Of a stretch of 64,000 bases of DNA, positions 62,166 to 64,000 are shown one piece after another (position 1 is the first letter of the stretch; each line of letters begins with the position of its first letter). A model generated the notes under the pieces. The model ran no database searches. It worked only from the letters and a program-made list of their open reading frames with translations, and was not told the origin of the DNA. The DNA comes from Ostreococcus lucimarinus (Eukaryota): assembly GCA_000092065.1 (NCBI GenBank), contig CP000594.1; one strand, written 5' to 3'. Both the position numbers and the translations under genes were made by a program.

Positions 62166-64000
62166 CTACGCGTCGTCGTCGTCGTCGTCGTCGGCGGCGG
62201 GGCGTCGGCCGGCGTGCGCGGCGTTGATCTCGCGAGCCTCGCGGCGGAGGGACTTGACGACGCGGCGGTCGGCGCGGGCGGCGCGGGCGTCGGAGAGCGC
62301 GCGCGCGGAGGCGCGCGACGGACGCTGCCAGGCGCTGCTTCGGCGCGCGGGCGCGCGGGACGGGGCGTGGGAGTGGCCGTGGGCGTGGGCGTGGACGCGA
62401 GACGCGTCGGTGGACGCGGCGTGGGAGTGGCCGTGGGCGCGCTGGGCGCGTTTTTGGGCCTTGGCTTTGGCGGCGTCGGCGGAGGCGGCGGTTTCGGCGA
62501 CGGCGAGGGCGCGGTCGGCCCAGGCGTAGGCGCTTTGCATCGCGGCCTGCGCGCCTTTGGTGGATTTGAGTTCGGTTTTGAACTCCTTTCGCGTCGACAC
62601 CGGAACGAGGGCGCCGGCGTGATCTTTAGTCGCGCCGGGCGGCGCGACGACGAAGTCGTTCGCCGAACGAACGTCGACGAAGACGTCGGAAGAACGCGCG
62701 TCGACGTCGGCCGCGGACGCCGCGTTCGCCCTCGTCGCGGCTTTGTTAATTTCGTCGACGCGAAGCGCGTTCACGTCGTCCAGCATGCGGCGTCGCGCGC
62801 CTTCGAGATCTGTAATCATGCGCGTCGGGTACGTCGATCCCAACTCGACGCCCGCGGCGTCGAGCTGCTTCGCCGACGCTTCCCACGGGCGGTGTCGCAG
62901 GTGCCCTTTCGGCAGCGCCGCGAGCTCTGGAATCCATCGAGCGATGCTCTCGCCTTCGGGGTCGTGCGCTCGAGAGGATCCATCTGGGGTCAACGAACCC
63001 GCGAAGACGTCCCACTGATCGAGTCCGCTCTTTCCCGCGTTTTGCCACATCATGGAATTGATCGCCAAGTCCGCGTCCACGAGAGTGTCGAGGAACCAAT
63101 CTGCGCCGTGCGTCCAATGAACGCCGCAGTAATCGACGAGAAACGTGGCCGCAATCATGCGTTCACTCTGATGCATCCATCCGGTGGCCCAAAGCCGGCG
63201 CATGCCCGCGTCCACGGTGGGGAAGCCCGTCGTTCCAGTTTGCCATCGATGAAGCGCAACGGCGGCTTCGTCGCCCTCCAACCAAGCCTTGCGATTCTCG
63301 TAGTGCCCACGCACGGACTTGGACGGTAACTCGGGCCAGTTGTGCAGTTGCCAGTACGCAAACTCTCGGCGATAGAGACGGTGCCAAAACACGCGAGAGA
63401 GCTTTTTGCCCTCCACCCCGTCGCTGCCCATCTTTTTCGTCGCCAATTCGTGGTAAATCTGCCGCGGCGATATCTGACCATGGCGTAAATACGGTGAAAG
63501 CGTGCTCACCGCGGCCGGAGCGACGATATCCGCTCTTCCGTGATCGTCCTCAAACTTCTCCAACCCCACCGAAGCGAAGTGCTCCCAAGTAGAGGCGGCG
63601 CCCGACTCCGACATCGTCCACTCCGCGCGAATCCCAGCCGCCCAGTCCAAGCGTTTATCTACGTCTGATACTATCCCTAATTCTTCTAACGACGCCGCGA
63701 ATCCGTGCTCGGGGCCTAAATCCACCACTCGCGCGCTCGCCGGCGCCGCGCGCGGCGCCCCCACTTTCCCTCCGAGCTTCTCCGCGGCGTGCACGAACGG
63801 CATGAGCGTGCCGAAAAAGTACTTTTCCCTCCTCAGATCGATCTGAATCTTCTCTGGCTCAAACAACAAGTACCCCGGCAAGCGCACGATCTCGCACGCG
63901 TCCCGCACGCTCGCCGCCGTCTCTTCGTCGTCCGCGTCCGCCGTCGGTTCGTACCGCCTCGACGCGAACGCGCGCGTCGCTCCCACTCCCCCGCACGCCG
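62166..64000 (-). CDS. CRY: Plant-type cryptochrome/photolyase, partial (the N-terminal ~150 aa lie beyond the window end). Has a C-terminal His-rich, poly-Asp extension.
   Basis: FAD-binding domain motifs LSPYLRHGQISPRQIY, RVFWHRLYRREFAYW, W..GTTGFPTVDAGMRRLWATGWMHQSERMIAATFLV, LVDADLAINSMMWQNAG, WEASAKQLDAAGVELGSTYP align with plant CRY/class-I CPD photolyase. The ORF is open to nt 64000. Confidence 0.85.
   Translation of the reverse strand, partial: ACGGVGATRAFASRRYEPTADADDEETAASVRDACEIVRLPGYLLFEPEKIQIDLRREKYFFGTLMPFVHAAEKLGGKVGAPRAAPASARVVDLGPEHGFAASLEELGIVSDVDKRLDWAAGIRAEWTMSESGAASTWEHFASVGLEKFEDDHGRADIVAPAAVSTLSPYLRHGQISPRQIYHELATKKMGSDGVEGKKLSRVFWHRLYRREFAYWQLHNWPELPSKSVRGHYENRKAWLEGDEAAVALHRWQTGTTGFPTVDAGMRRLWATGWMHQSERMIAATFLVDYCGVHWTHGADWFLDTLVDADLAINSMMWQNAGKSGLDQWDVFAGSLTPDGSSRAHDPEGESIARWIPELAALPKGHLRHRPWEASAKQLDAAGVELGSTYPTRMITDLEGARRRMLDDVNALRVDEINKAATRANAASAADVDARSSDVFVDVRSANDFVVAPPGATKDHAGALVPVSTRKEFKTELKSTKGAQAAMQSAYAWADRALAVAETAASADAAKAKAQKRAQRAHGHSHAASTDASRVHAHAHGHSHAPSRAPARRSSAWQRPSRASARALSDARAARADRRVVKSLRREAREINAAHAGRRPAADDDDDDDA

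Overview
This window reads as nuclear DNA from a compact, intron-poor, very GC-rich photosynthetic eukaryote, most likely a prasinophyte green alga of the Mamiellophyceae (Micromonas or Ostreococcus type). Evidence: plastid-targeted proteins with transit peptides (PsaH, CSP41, plastid ribosomal protein S5, NAD kinase), a circularly permuted tRNA-Cys gene of the kind described only in red algae and prasinophytes, a TGTAA poly(A) signal, and two short GC-rich spliceosomal introns with GTGCGT donors and CTGAC branch points. It is not prokaryotic: there are no operons, no CRISPR array and no defence island. The supplied six-frame track treats GTG and TTG as start codons and cannot see introns, so many listed start positions are not real, and the strongly GC-rich stretches (about 12-25.9 kb and 42-64 kb) are full of spurious overlapping ORFs on the opposite strand. 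Base composition is a mosaic. Two AT-richer blocks (roughly half GC by eye) sit at 1-11.9 kb and 25.9-42.1 kb, with sharp transitions exactly at gene ends. They carry two giant single-exon genes: a VPS13-like bridge-like lipid transfer protein of more than 3954 aa with five Vps62/DUF946-like repeats, and a PKHD1/fibrocystin-TMEM2-like cell-surface protein of about 3274 aa with IPT/TIG domains, two G8 domains and PbH1 repeats. The second block also holds a secreted 2OG-oxygenase plus DOMON fusion protein, secreted Cys-rich proteins, and a cluster of palindromes and MITE-like inverted repeats. An amidohydrolase gene seems to lose its C-terminal homology exactly at the 42.1 kb boundary of that block. 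The GC-rich regions carry housekeeping genes: RRP12, RRS1, poly(A) polymerase, ADF-H, a PDZ protein, a PFA-DSP-like phosphatase fused to NAD kinase, CSP41, a JmjC protein, plastid RPS5, a CinA-like plus NMNAT fusion, WDR48/UAF1, tRNA-Ser, S-adenosylmethionine synthetase, a Fes1/Sil1-like protein, PsaH, and the C-terminal two thirds of a plant-type cryptochrome that runs off the window edge.
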